NCBI RefSeq assembly: GCF_964194155.1
Contig: NW_027598053.1
Coordinates: 1 to 56,000, forward strand
Direction: 5' to 3'
Source: Cetorhinus maximus
Taxonomy: Eukaryota
Length of the DNA stretch: 56,000 bases
Part shown: positions 21,565-34,639 of the stretch, piece by piece
Numbering within the stretch: position 1 is the stretch's first letter
How the letters are laid out: each line of letters starts with the position of its first letter
Made by a program: the position numbers and the translations under genes
Notes under the pieces: model-generated
What the model saw: only the letters and a program-made list of their open reading frames with translations
Database searches by the model: none
What the model was told of the DNA's origin: nothing

Positions 21565-22945
21565 AAATAAGAAATAGGAGCAGGAAGAGGCCATTCGGCT
21601 CATCAGTCCTGTTCTGCTATATGATATGATCATGGCTGATCATCTACCTCAGATCCACACTCCCCAGAAACCTTAATTCCCCTTGTACCCAAAACTCTGT
21701 CGACCTCTGTCTTAAATATAACTGAGAGCCACGGATCCCTGGGTTAGAAAGTTCCAAAGATTCACAACTGAGTGAAGAAATTCCTCCTCATCTCAGTCCT
21801 AAATGGTCGACCCCTTCTTCTGAGACTGATTCCCCGTGTTCTAGATTCTCCAGACAGGAAACATTTTCCCAGCATTTAAGGCCATTTAAGAATGTTTCAG
21901 TTGGATCACTCAATCTTCCAAACTCCATTCAATCTAGGCCGAGTCTGCTCGATCTCTCCTCATGGGACAATCTCCTCATCCCAGGAACCAGTCTGGTGAA
22001 CATTTGTTTCACTCCCTCTAGGTCAAGTATGTCCTTCCTTAGGTAAGGAGACTAAAACTGCACACAGTACTCCAGGTGATGCCTCACCAATGCTCTATAT
22101 AATTGTAGTAAGACATCTTTACTCTTATACTCCAATCCCTTTGTAACAAAAGCTAACAGACCATTTGCTTGCTGTACCTGCATGTTAACTTTCTGTGATT
22201 CATGTACAAGAACAGCCAGGTCCCTCTGAATGCAAATATTTCCCAGTCTTGCACCATTCAAAAGATATTCTTTTTTTTTCCTACCAAAGTGGATAACTTC
22301 ACACTTCACCATGTTGTATTCCAGCTGCCATGTTCTTACCCAACCTGTCTATGTCCCTCTGCAGCCTCTTTGTGTCCTCCTCAGCACCTACTTTCCCACC
22401 CAACATTGTATTGTCAGAAAACCTGGATACATTACACTCAGTCCCCTCATCTAAGTCATTGATATCGATTGTAAATAGCTGAGGCACAACTGCTGATCCT
22501 TGTGGTACCTGCTAGTCACAGCCTGCCAACCTGAAAATGTCCCGTTTATTCCTACTCTCTGTTTTCTGACCATTAACCAATCCTCAGTCCATGCTCAGAT
22601 ACCCCCAAACACCAGACCGAATTTTGTGTGATGACCTCTTGTGTGGCCCCTCATCAAATGCTTTTTGAAAATCCAAATACACAACATCTACTGATACCCT
22701 CATTATCCTCCTTACTTATTACATTTTTAAGAAGCTCTGAACAGATTTGTCAAACATGATCTCCCTTTCATAAATCCATATTGGCTCTGCTCAATCAGTT
22801 CATGATTTTCTAAGTGCCCTGTTACCACATCCCTCATGATAGATTCCTACATTTTACCAATTACTGATGTTAGACGAACTGGCCTCTAGTTCCCCATTTT
22901 CTCTCTTCCTCCTTTTTCGAAAAGCGAGATGATGTTTGCTACCAA
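21565..22945 (-). mobile_element. CR1 LINE 3' portion (RT)
   Basis: PQLFTIDINDLDEG..SRFSDNTMLGG, KCEVIHFGRK and LYRALVRHHLEYCVQF peptides. Confidence 0.9.
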
Positions 22946-23050
22946 GGCTGGGAGAGACACTCTGGAAGGTATGGGGAGCTGGGACTTGTCCATGAGAGTA
23001 ACGAAAGGTCTAGGATCTGAAATAATCCAGAGTGATGATGATGATGTGTT

Positions 23051-23471
23051 AGTCGTGGCTCAGTGGTTGCATTTTCATGTCTTAGTCAGGAGGTTGTGGA
23101 TTTAAATCCGCATCCAGAAAGATGAGCATAAAATCCAGGCTAACATTCCACCGCAGTACTGAGGGAGAGACTGTCAGAGATGGCACTGAGACAGAATGGA
23201 TGGGTGTAAGAGATCCATTGACATTATTTCAAAGAGCAGGGGATTTATCCCAGGAATCTTGGTCAATATTTATCCCTCAATCAACATCACTGAAACAGAT
23301 TATCTGGGTATTATCAATTTGTTGTCTATGGGATCTTGCTGTGTATAAATTAGCTGCTGTGTTTCCTACATTCCAACATTGACTGCACTTCAAAGGAATT
23401 TCATTGGCTGTAGAATGCTTTGGGACATCCAGATGTCATGAAAGGCTCTGCAGAAATACAAATCTTTCTTT
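23051..23471 (+). mobile_element. Near full-length DeuSINE (SacSINE1-like)
   Basis: tRNA-like head gtggctcagtggttgca, central caatatttatccctcaatcaacatcac...gggatcttgctgtg..taaatt.gctgc block resembling the Deu domain, tail ctttgggacatcc...gaaaggc...aaatctttcttt. Confidence 0.75.
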
Positions 23472-23664
23472 AACAGAGGAGAAAAGGCCCAGAAATGGAA
23501 CAGTCGAGAACAGGATTTCAATTAGTCTCCTCTTATCCTGGAGTAAACAAATACTCCACACACTGTGTGTTTGACGCCAAGCTGATTTATTTGACATTTA
23601 ACCAGAATATTAAACTCCAGCCCTGTTACAGGGATTATTAACATCAGGAGGAATAAAACCCCCA

Positions 23665-25191
23665 AGAGCTGGATTTTCAAAGAGGGTTGGGAACCTGACA
23701 CTGGATGAATTCCGGGTCCGCACACTGCACCTGAACTGCATCACTCTTGCAGCACTATTTTAAAATGTAATTGAGCTGTTTTGGCAGGAGGTGAGCTCAG
23801 CATCCAAACCGAGGCACCAAGTGCCTCTGGGGGGAGGGAGCTTCCTGTCTGATGCCAGCAGCAAAGACAGACGACAGCCATTTTGGGGTTTGCTGCTGCT
23901 TTGCCGAGGTACAGTGCTCAAACCAGAACAAGTCTACCCCTCAAATTTTACAAACAAAACACAGATGAAAATTAACTTCCTTTCAATCTATGGTAACTCC
24001 AACAGTTGTGCACTAACATGCACCAGGCTATCTGACTTCATCCCGTAAGTAAGCCTGGGTACTAGATTTTAGTGTAGCCTAACCATTTTCAGGTTCATTT
24101 CATGCCATATTCATTGTAATAAGCTAACAATGTCAAAACACAATTTTCTGCTAACACTGAGATGAGAAGCCATTTTGACGATTTTAACCTTTTACAACAA
24201 ACTAACCCAAAATAGTATTACGAAGCAGTGACTGACAAGCAACAGATGATTGGTAGTTGCTTAGAAGTCGCTTTATCTTATCTCAATATATCTCCATTCG
24301 CATTTCTTATTAGAGAATTAAAGTGCTGTAACAGCTGGGAAAGAAATGGGATAAGCCTTGGTCTTGCTCCCTATCAGGAACACACACTATCCTTGATTGT
24401 TGAGTCTGTCTTAATGAATGGGCTCCTGTAAAGATATCAAGATGAGAGACATAGCTTAAAGGAAAGCAGTGTCCTAAATTTAAGACAATGTGGCAAATTA
24501 GCTAAAACCAATGGAGTTAACTCTTGTCACATTATTGACAAATCATAGACTAATTAGCCATTTCCAATAACTTGGCTAAGGTGGGCTTCCAGCATCTTTT
24601 AAGTGTAAAAATTAAGATTTCGAGAAGCCACTTTGTTAGCATATTATCTGTGTATCGAATGATGGAGGGTTATCCTCACTTCATGTCTTCAGCCTGATCA
24701 ACCGAGGGAAGTTGTGAGAAGTCTGTTTAATTGTTAAAGTTAAATATTCTCCTCTTACTGTTCATTGAAACTTTGATTTTTATTTTTCTAACTTGTTACC
24801 TTTTCACATTTTAATGGTTAATAAATCTTTTTGAAATGACCATTTAAAGTCTTCATCCTGCCAGATGGTTAAGTTCTGTAGAACCTGATGATTTCATTCA
24901 CAATTGGGGATTTATTACAAACAACCTGTACCCCAAAAATCAATTTAAATCCAGAAAAAAGATTGAAAATCCCATTCTGTTCCAGACAGGCTCCTTAACA
25001 AGTTCTTTAATGAGATTAAGGTGCCGTTAATTGGTGGTGAGTGGGTTTCCTGTTTCCTCCCCTCCACCGGCACTTTGAAAATTACAAACTGTTTCAGAGG
25101 CAGCGGATCCAGTGCCTCCGACCGGGAAAGTAATTTTCAAATCGCATAAGTCCCGGTTCCCACCCCCATCAGAAAGTGAAAATCCAACCCC
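23665..25191. mobile_element. Non-autonomous TIR element inserted in gene D 3' UTR
   Basis: Left end agagctggattttca..gggttgggaacc; right end reverse complement ggggttggattttca..gggtgggaacc; the flanks rejoin as the family UTR. Confidence 0.6.
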
Positions 25192-25266
25192 AGTTATCTG
25201 AATGAACCTAGTTCAAGCCTGGATGTGATTCACAGCAGCAATAACAGCAGAATCCAACCCCTGTTG

Positions 25267-25857
25267 TCATATGTGAAACTTCTGGTGTCTCTTCAAGTTA
25301 GATGAAAAAGTGAGTCCCTTCCCACAGACGGGGCAGTTGAAAGGCCTCTCCCCAGTGTGAACTCGCTGGTGTCTGTGCAGGTTGTGCGACCGAGTGAATC
25401 TCTTCCCACACACACAGCAGGTGAACGGCCTCTCCCCAGTGTGAACTCGCTGGTGTTTCAGCAGATTTATCGGTCCTTTGAAACTCTTCTCACAGTCAGA
25501 GCATTTAAACAATCTCTGATCACTGTGAACAAGTTGATGTGTCAGCAGAGCAGATGACTGAGTGAAGCCTTTCCCACACACAGAGCAGGTGAACGGCCTC
25601 TCCCCAGTGTGAACTCGCTGGTGGGTCCCCAGGTTAGATGAGCTCATGAATCCCTTCCCGCACACAGAACAGCTGAACGGCCTCACGCCACTGTGAACAC
25701 GCTGGTGTGTCAGAAGATTTGATAACTGCGTGAAACCCTTCCCACAATCGGTGCAGGTGAACGGCCTCTCCCCAGTGTGTATACGCCGATGAATTTCCAG
25801 CTGGGATGGGGAAATGAATCCAGTTTCACAGTCCCCACATTTCCACGGTTTCTCCGT
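25267..25857 (-). CDS. C2H2 zinc-finger protein D, 7 intact fingers, ACG at the family start position
   Basis: Frame open from (T)[13 protein letters not shown] at 25857 to the stop at 25269-25267; acceptor at 26103; leader TGA at 25896-25894. Confidence 0.75.
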   Translation of the reverse strand, partial: TEKPWKCGDCETGFISPSQLEIHRRIHTGERPFTCTDCGKGFTQLSNLLTHQRVHSGVRPFSCSVCGKGFMSSSNLGTHQRVHTGERPFTCSVCGKGFTQSSALLTHQLVHSDQRLFKCSDCEKSFKGPINLLKHQRVHTGERPFTCCVCGKRFTRSHNLHRHQRVHTGERPFNCPVCGKGLTFSSNLKRHQKFHI

Positions 25858-26352
25858 GGTGCCGGTGCCCTTGTGTCTCTCCAGATTGGATGATCAGTTG
25901 AATGCTTGTCCACACACACACACAGAAAACACGTGTATGTGGAATTCACAACATCCCACGGTAAATGCTGTAATTTTTGTTTTCAAGTTGTATAACTAGG
26001 TAAAGGTGATATTCTGCTCCTGATGAATCAAGTGACTCTGTTAGATCTTGATGTGATGTTTTGTTTGAGTTACCAGTGTATAAATTCTCCCTTCTGATGC
26101 CCCTGTAAGCAGAGATTTCAAAAGTCCTCATTGTAAGCACGGCATAGAAATGAAGAACAGTTACTTTTAGTTCCTATGGAACATTTTTTCTCTCTTGTTC
26201 CCCCAAAGCTGCAAATCCCCGTCCCACACCCTCTCCCCCCTCCCTGGGTTGAAATCTAAATAAAGTGTTGGATAATTCTCTGTATCCTTTTAATAAATTC
26301 TACAACTGGAGATCATGTTTTACAAGGGGCCATTTGTTAACAGTTTCCCAAA

Positions 26353-26960
26353 CACAGATCAGATCCTCATTGATTTGAGCCCAAAGTGTAACCTCTTATT
26401 TCTTGTCCCCCCTCCCCCATCCTCTGATGTGAACCATCCTCCACTCGCTGAGCCAGGATGGCGGCCGTTAACCTGGGCCTGTTCCCGGGAGGGAGAAGCC
26501 CCGCAGCTGCAAACCAGGAGCTGACAATTATTCCTCAGGGTTTGCGGATCCACAAAGTGTTTCCAAATCCTCCCCGTCCAGCCGCCGGCTCCATCGCTCC
26601 CTCCCCCCGGGCCTGTCACCGCGGGGTAAACACGGGGCCTGGGGCCTACCCCAGAAGTTGCTCCAGTTCCCAGTCCAGCCGCGGTTTCCATTCCTACCCT
26701 GTGCTCACAATCTCCTCCCGCCTCCCGAACCGTCCGCTCCTCCTCACTCTGTCACCATGACTGACACTGAGCATGCTCAGAGCGCACACCCACACTGCAC
26801 CTGCGCACTGGACTCCTGTAGTCATTGATAGGGGACTTTCTGCAACGCGGTTTGTTCTGGGTAAATAATCCGCCATTGATAGCTTGACTTGGGAACACAA
26901 AATTCAATGCATCGGCTTCCCAATCGAGATCGGGACCCGGGGCGCTGTTGGCACAGTGGA
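26353..26960 (-). promoter_or_regulatory. CpG promoter / first-exon region of gene D
   Basis: CpG-rich; YY1-like gatggcggc; palindrome ctgagcatgctcag at 26767-26780; second module type shared with 28040-28130, 34715-34835 and 39555-39670. Confidence 0.6.
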
Positions 26961-28264
26961 TGGTAAATGCTGAGCTGCTCAAGTCACAGAACAAAACCTG
27001 AAACAGCTGCCAGTACTGTTTTGCAATTTGTATTTTATCTTGAGATGCGTGAATGATATTCAAAGTGAGTTTTCTTAGCTTCAGTTCCTGCAGACAGCAA
27101 CTTAATGCATAGAGGCTGGAGGCTTTTCATACTTGTGTTAGATCTCAGAATGCCTTCCCTCTCCTTCATACATGTTTCTCTCTTAATGTAAATTCCAATG
27201 TCCCAATATGTCTGCAAATTTACTTTTCTTATATCATAAATCTTTCATAGTACTTATATTAACAGTAACCTTTGGGAAAAATAAACACTGTTTTACTTAG
27301 CTTCCTATGGCTAGATGTAACATCTTATCGTCTCTTTGAAGTTCAAACTAATCTAATATATCTAAAAATGCAATTGGTCCTTGCACCTCGCATTCTAAAA
27401 CTTCAGCCAGGTTTATGTATTTAGCATTTCAAACCTAGCTTCCCTTTTGATCATTCAAAAGCTCCAGACCAGCTGTCTCCAATTCCATTAAATCCCCTCC
27501 CCCAAACAAATCCACACAGAGAAACTAGTCCAAACCCCAAAATTAACCTACCTTTACAATGTATCACATCAATATGATGAAATGCATTATATTTTCATGA
27601 CAGCGCAATACACACAATAGGTACTTAAAGTATGTACATACCAGAATGTCTGGGCCTTCCTCCATGATGCAATCTGTGCAATTCACCCCCACCTCCACCT
27701 CCAATTGCAGATTGGAAAAAGGTCGATGTTGAAATTTACAAAGATCAAGACTGGTACAAACTGGTGGAAACAACCTGCTGAGTTTTTCCATCACTTTCCG
27801 TTTTTATTTCAGATTTCCAGTTCCCATAGTATTTTGCTTTTAATTCAGTGCTGGTATCTCTGTAAGGAAAGATATGCTGAAAAGCAGACATGAGATAGAC
27901 GAAATGGAATGTATCTTGTGCGAAACATAAACACCAGCACAGGTCAGTTGAACAGAATTCACTGTTTCTGGACTTGATATTTTCTGTAATTCAGTGTCAT
28001 CTCCAACCAGCTCCTGATCAGCATGTTCCACGTCCATCACTTGTACTGCACATGCTCAGAGTGCAACCGAGTGCTGAGTAATCACACCACGCTCCTGTAG
28101 TCATTGATGGGGCACATTCTGGCACATGGAAAATTATCGATTGTAACAGTGTCGCTCAAAGCTTAATTGGTGAATGAAAATGTTCATCACCACATTGAGA
28201 TTGGGCCTGTTTCTGTATCAAGTAGCACTTGCTAAGAAATAACCTGCTCACTAATGCTAAGCGT

Positions 28265-29502
28265 GGGTTCCGCCAGGGTCACTCAGCCCCTGACCTCATT
28301 ACAGCCGTGGTTCAAACATGGACAAAAGAGCTGCACTCCTGAGGTGCGTTGAGAGTGACTGCCCTTGACATCCAGGCAGCATTTGACCAAGTGTGGCATC
28401 AAGGAGCCCTGGCAACACTGGAGTCAGTGGGAATAAGGGGGGAAACTCTACACTGGTTGCATTCATACCTAGCACAAAGGAAGATGGTTGTGGCTGTTGG
28501 GGGTCAATCATCTCATTTCTACGACATCATGGCAGGAATTCCTCAGGGTAGTGTCCTAGACCCAACCATCTTCAGGCTGTTTCATCAATGACCTTCCTCC
28601 CATCATATGGTCAGAAATGGGGATGTTCACTGGTGATTGCACAATGTTCAGCACCATTCGCGACTCCTCAGCTACTGAAGCAGTGCATGTCTAAATGCAG
28701 CAAGATCTGGACAATATCCAGGCTTGTACTGACAGGTGGCAAGTAACGTTTGCAAGACACAAGTGCCAGGCAATGACCATCTCCAACAAGTAAGAATCTA
28801 CCCATCACCCCTTGACATTCAGTGGCATTACCTTCACTGAGTCCCCCACTATCAATATCCTGGGTGTTACCATTGAGCAGAAACAGAACTGGACCAGCCA
28901 TGTAAATACTATGGCTCCAAGAGCAGGTCAGAGGCTGGAGATCCTGCCGCAAGTAACTCACCTCCTGACTCTCCAAAACCTGTCCACCATCTGCAAAGCA
29001 CAAGACAGGAGTGTGATGGAATATTCTCCACTTGCCTGGATGAGTGCAGCTCCAACAACACTCAAGAAGCTTGACACCATCCAGGGCATCCGCTTGATTG
29101 GCACCCATCCACAAACATTCACTCCCTCCACCACCGACAAACAGTAGCAGCTGTGTGTACCATCTACAAGATGCACTGCAGGAACTCACCAAGGCTCCTT
29201 TGACAGCACCTTCCAAACCCACGACCGCAGCCATCTCGAAGGACAAGGGCAGCAGATAGATGGGAACACCACCCCCTGGAAGTTCCCCTCCAAACCACTC
29301 ACCATCCTGACTTGGAAATATATCGCCATTCCTTCAGTTGCTGGATCAAAATCCTGGAGCTCCCTTCTTAACAGCACTGTGGGTGTACCTGCAGTGGTTC
29401 AAGAAGGCAGCTCACCACCACCTTCTCAAGGGCAACTAGCTATGGGGAATAAATGCTGGCCCAGCCAGTGAAGCCCACATCCCGTGAATGAACTTTAAAA
29501 AA
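28265..29502 (+). mobile_element. CR1-related LINE (second family), RT and 3' end
   Basis: VTALDIQAAFDQVWHQG, GIPQGSVLDPTIF and MEYSPLAWMSA peptides; tail aataaatgctggcccagccagtgaagcccacatcccgtgaatgaa. Confidence 0.9.
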
Positions 29503-29529
29503 TATTATATATATATAGTTAATATATGA

Positions 29530-30625
29530 TATATTACTATATCATAGATTAGGCAGAGGTCATGGTCCATATCGGTACCAACAACCTAAGTAAAAAGAGG
29601 GATGAGGGCCTGAAAGCAGAATATAGGGAGCTAGGAAATAAATTAAAAAACAGGACCTCAAAGGTAGTAATCACAGGATTACTCCCAGTACCATGTGCTA
29701 GTGAGATCAGGAGTTGGAGAATAGACCAGATGAATACATGGCTGGAGAGATGGTGTAGGAGGGAGGGATTTAGATTCCTGAGGCATGGGGACTGACTCTG
29801 GGGATGATGGGACATGTAAAAGCTGGATGGGTTGCAGGACCAGTATCCTCGCAGTGGTATTTGCTAGTAATGTGGGGGAGGGTTTAAACTAGACTGGCAA
29901 GGGAAAGGGAAACTGAGTGAGGAGACACAAGAGAGGGAAACAAAGATAGGAATGAAAGATAGAAAAGTAGAAAGCAAAAGTGGAAGGCAGAGGAAACAAG
30001 GGCTAGCAGCAAATAGGACCATAGTACAAAAAGAGATGTATAAAAAATGTTAAAAAGACAAGTCGAAAGGCACTGTATATGGATGCATGGAGCATTTGCA
30101 ATAAGGTAGATGAATTAACAGTGCAAATAGATGTGAACGGGTACAATATGATTGTGATTATGGAGACATGGCTGCAGGGTGACCAAGGCTGGGAACTGAA
30201 TATCCAAGGGTACTCGATATTTAGGACAGACAGGCAAAAAGGAAAAGGAGGTGGTGTGACATTGTTAGTTAAGGATGAAATTGGTGCAGTAGTGAGAGAG
30301 GATATTGGCTTAGAAAATCTAGACCTAGAATCTGTCTGGGTGGAGCTAAGAAGAAACAAAGGGCAGAAAACATTCGTGGGGGTTGTCTATCAGCCTCCAA
30401 ACAGTAGCGATAAGGTAGGTGACAGTGTTAAACAGGAAATTAGAGATGTATGTAACAAGGGTGCTACGGTAATCATGGGTGACTTTAAGCTGCATATAGA
30501 CTGGGCAAGCCAAATTGGCAAAAATACTCTGGCAGATGAATTCCTGGAATGTACAAGATAGTTTTTAGGCCAGAATGTCGAGGAACTGATTAGGGAACAG
30601 GCTATCCTAGATTTGGCATTGTGCA
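29530..30625 (+). mobile_element. CR1 LINE internal fragment: ORF1 SGNH-esterase end and ORF2 APE endonuclease
   Basis: VHIGTNN...VVITGLLP...NTWLERWCRREGFRFL (ORF1); ETWL, GKGGGV, ESVWVEL, GVVYQPP, IMGDF (endonuclease). Confidence 0.9.
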
Positions 30626-31254
30626 ATGAAGGAGAGTCATACGGAATTGAAATGTTAACTCTGTTTCTCTCTCCACAGGTGATGTCAGACCTGCTGAGTT
30701 TTCCCAGTATTTTCTGTTCTTATTTCAGATATCCAGCATCCGCAATATTTTGCTTTTACGCTAGCATCACGATGAAACCTTTTCAGCAACAACTGGTGAG
30801 AATTTGGAATTCACTATCTGATGGATACAGGTTCAAGAGTAAACTTCAAAAAGGAACTGGATAAATATTTGAAGGAGAAATGATGCAGGGATGAGTAAAG
30901 AATGGGGGAGTGGGACTAACTGGATAGCTCGTCGAATTTGTCAGCACAGATTTGATAGGCCAACCGGCCTCCTTCTCTGCTGTACTATTAGGAGATTCTA
31001 TCATCTATAATAATATAATGATTCATAATAAACATATGATAGAATCATAGAGCATGGATGGTGGCCATTCAGCCCACTGTGCCTGAAAACGTTACCAATC
31101 TGTCCCACTCCCCTGCTCTTTTCCGATTGCCTTCCAAATCTTTCCGTATTAATTTAAAATCCAAATCACTTTTGAAAGTTACGACTGAATTTGCTTCTAA
31201 CAACCATTCAAACAATGACTTCAGTCTTCCCAATATTTAATTGGAGGAAATTTT

Positions 31255-32215
31255 CTGCACATCCGCCAAACAGTCTGATAATTTACCAAGAGTGGAGAAG
31301 TCGAGAGAGGTGGTGGTGAAGCAGAGCTGGGAGCTGTCAGTGTAAATGTGATAAGTGACAGTGTTTTCAGATGATGTCACTGTTTGGAACAGGTTAATGA
31401 AAAATAAGAGGAGACCAAGTCTGGATCCTTTGGGGACACCAGAGGTGACTCTGTGAGTGGAAAGGGAAGACATTGCAAGTGATTCTCTGGCGATGATTAG
31501 ATAGAGAAGAATGGAACTAGGAGAGAGCAGCCCCACCCAGCTGGACGACAGGGGAGAGGCGAAGGTGCAGAATGATGTGGTCAACCTTGTCAAAGGCTGC
31601 AGACAGGTCGAGGACGAGAAGGGAGAGTTTATCTTAGTCACAGTCACATAGGATGTCATTTGTGATTTGGATAAGAGCTGTTTCAGTACTGTGACAGGGG
31701 CAAAAACATGATTGGAGGGATTCAGAGATGGAGTTCTGGGAAAGATGGGCAGGGATTTGGGAGGTGACAACAAGGACTTTGGAGAGGAAAGAGAGACTGG
31801 AGATGGGGCAGTAGTTTGGAAAGACAGTGGGGACAAAGATTTGTTTTTTGAGAAGGGTATAATGATGGCAGATTTGAAGGAGAGAGGGACAGTACCTGAG
31901 AGAGAAAACTGTTATCATAGTCAGTGAACATGGGGAAGTTGAGTGATCAGTAGTTTAGTTGCAACAGGGTTGATGAAGGAGGTGGGTTTCATGGACAAGA
32001 TGAGCTCTGAGAGGGCCTGAGGGGAGATGGGAGAGAAACTACAGAAAGATGAGAGTTCAAGGCTCGGGTAATGGGGAACTTTAGGGAGGGCGAGTGGAAG
32101 GGAGGGAAGCAGCAGAGGCAGCTGATCGGATTATCTCAATCTTAGTGACAAAGGAGCTCCATGAGATCCTCACACCGGTTGCTGGGGGTGAGGATGGAGG
32201 CTAGGGGAGAGGGAG
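31255..32215 (-). mobile_element. L2-type LINE RT fragment
   Basis: NYCPISSLSFLSKVL, HSTETALIQITNDIL, GVPKGSRLGLLLF and HIYTDSSQL (YADD-like) peptides. Confidence 0.85.
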
Positions 32216-32421
32216 AGCACTTCAAAATGAAGTAACTTGTGTTAGAGATATTAAAAAGATTCAACACATTGTGTCTTTAGCACAAAACTAATTTATGTGA
32301 CATTTATCCAGAATATTAGCCCCTCTAAGTGGTCTGTAGTTTATTAACATCAGCAGAAACAGATCCCAGGGAACATGGTTCAGTCCTGGATGTGATTAAT
32401 AGCAAATTCCCAGCACTTTAG

Positions 32422-33639
32422 TTACTTGTGAACTTGCTGGTGTCTCAGCAGGTTGGATGAGGTAGTGAATCCCTTCCCACACTGGAGGCAAGTGAATGGT
32501 CTCTCCCCAGTGTGAACTCGCTGGTGTGCCAGCAGGTTGGATGAGGTAGTGAATCCCTTCCCACAATGGGGGCAGGTGAATGGCTTCTCCCCAGTGTGAA
32601 CTCGTTGGTGTGTCAGCAGGTGGGGTGAATGACTAAATGCCTTCCCACACTGGGGGCAGGTGAATGGCTTCTCCCCAGTGTGAATTCGTTGGTGTGCCAG
32701 CAGGTTGGATGAGGTAGTGAATCTCTTCCCACACTGAGGGCAGATGAATGGCCTCTCCCCAGTGTGAATTTGCTGGTGTCTCAGCAGGGTGGATAACTGA
32801 GTGAATCCCTTCCCACACTGGGGGCAGGTGAATGGCTTCTCCCCAGTGTGAACTCGCTGGTGTCTCAGCAGGTGGGATGAGGTAGTGAATCTCTTCCCAC
32901 ACTGAGGGCAGATGAATGGCCTCTCCCCAGTGTGAATTTGCTGGTGTCTCAGGAGGCTAGATAACTGAGTGAATCCCTTCCCACACTGGGGGCAGGTGAA
33001 TGGCCTCTCCCCAGTGTGAACTTGCTGGTGTGTTAGCAGGCTGTGTGACTCAGTGAATCCCTTCCCACACTCAGAGCAGGTGAACAGTCTTTCCCCCGTG
33101 TGAACTTGCTGGTGTCTCAGCAGGTGGGATGACTGAGTGAATCCATTCCCACACTGGAGACAGATGAATGGCCTCTCCCCAGTGTGAATTCGCTGGTGTA
33201 CAGTGAGTTGGGATGATCCCCTGAACCCAGTCCCGCATTTAGAGCACTTAAATGGTCTCTTGTCAGTGTGAACACATTGATGGGACATCAGCTCTCAGGA
33301 ACTTTTATAGCACTTCCTGCAGTCTGGGCATTTAAAAGGTCTCTCTTCACTGTGAACTCGCTGGTGGCTCAGCAGGTGGGCTGAAAGAGTAAATCCCTTC
33401 CCACAATTTGAGCAGGTGAACGACCTCTCCCCAGTGTGACTGCGCCGATGCCCTTCCAGCTCAGATGGGAATCTGAATCCCTTCCCACAGTCCCCACATT
33501 TCCATGGTTTCTCCCGGATGTGGCTGTGCTTGTGTCTTGACAGGCCAGATGATCGGTTGAAACCTCGTCCACACACAGGACACGTGTACGATTTCTCTCC
33601 ACTGTGAATGGTGCTTTTTCCTTCCACGTTCAAAATCAA
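32422..33639 (-). CDS. C2H2 zinc-finger gene E, 14 fingers split by in-frame TGA (33297-33295); ATG 33288 gives a 288-aa, 10-finger ORF
   Basis: ORFs 33295-33639 and 32422-33288 share a frame ([14 protein letters not shown]); the upstream part has no in-frame ATG (GTG at 33627); acceptor at 33735. Confidence 0.75.
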
Positions 33640-34639
33640 ATGATATTCAGGTTACGATAAATCGGGCGACTGTCAGATTCTGCTGTGATGTTTTGTTTCT
33701 GTTTCCTGACTGCAAATCCTCTCCTTCTAATCCCCTGTGAAACTGATTTAAAACAGAAAAAAGGGAGTGAGAGAGAACCCACAAAATCACAAAGGCAGGT
33801 TGAGCTGAATGAATCTGGTAATTTGTGGGGCTGGCACGAGGCAAAAGTGACCATAATGCTGGATTGTCATAAAAACCCAACTGGTTCACTAATGTCCTTC
33901 AGGGAATGGAACCTGTCACCTGGTCTGGGTCTACACAAGACTCTGCCTCCATGGGAGGAAAGAGAGAGGTGGGAGATGCAGGGGGTGAAGATGTGTTTAA
34001 TACATCTTCAGCTCAACCAGAACTTTGGCAGAATATCCCAAGCCCTCAACGTCCCACGACCTAGAAGGACGAAGGTAACAGGTGTCAATGAACACCATCA
34101 CCTCCAGCTCACACACTGTCCTGACTTGTCTGACATGCAGTACTGGATGAGCAGAAATTTCCTCCATTTAAATGTTGGGAAGATGAAAGCCATTGTTTTC
34201 AGTCCCTGCTACAAACTCCACTCCCTAACCACTGACTCCATCCCTCTTGCAGCTCTCTGAGGCTGAACCAGACTGTTCACAATCTTGTTGTCATATTTTA
34301 GCCCAAGCTGAGCTTCTGACTACAAATCACTAAAACCAGCCATTTCCACCTCAGTAAAATCGCCCAACTGTGTTCCTGCCTCAGTTCATCTGCTGCTGAA
34401 ACTCATCCATTCCTTTGTTCCCTCTAAACTGAAAGATTTGACTGTGCTTCTTGTCGGCCTCCCAGATTCAACTCCATAGAAACTGGAGGTCACCCAAAAC
34501 TCAGCAGCTCATGTCCTTACTTGTACCAAGTCTTGTTCACCATCATCCCCTGTGTTCCCTGACGGTCGTGGTCGTCTCCAGCCCTTCAGCCTTCCAGGAT
34601 TATCTGAGATCATCTAATTCTGACCCACCCCTGGCTCCA

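Noticed and set aside
29530-30625. Autonomous, intact LINE or Penelope element
   Set aside because: All copies are truncated and carry stops or frameshifts.
32422-33288. 84-bp periodic repeats as a CRISPR-like array
   Set aside because: The periodicity is the 28-aa finger unit in a eukaryotic ORF; there are no repeat-spacer boundaries or cas genes.
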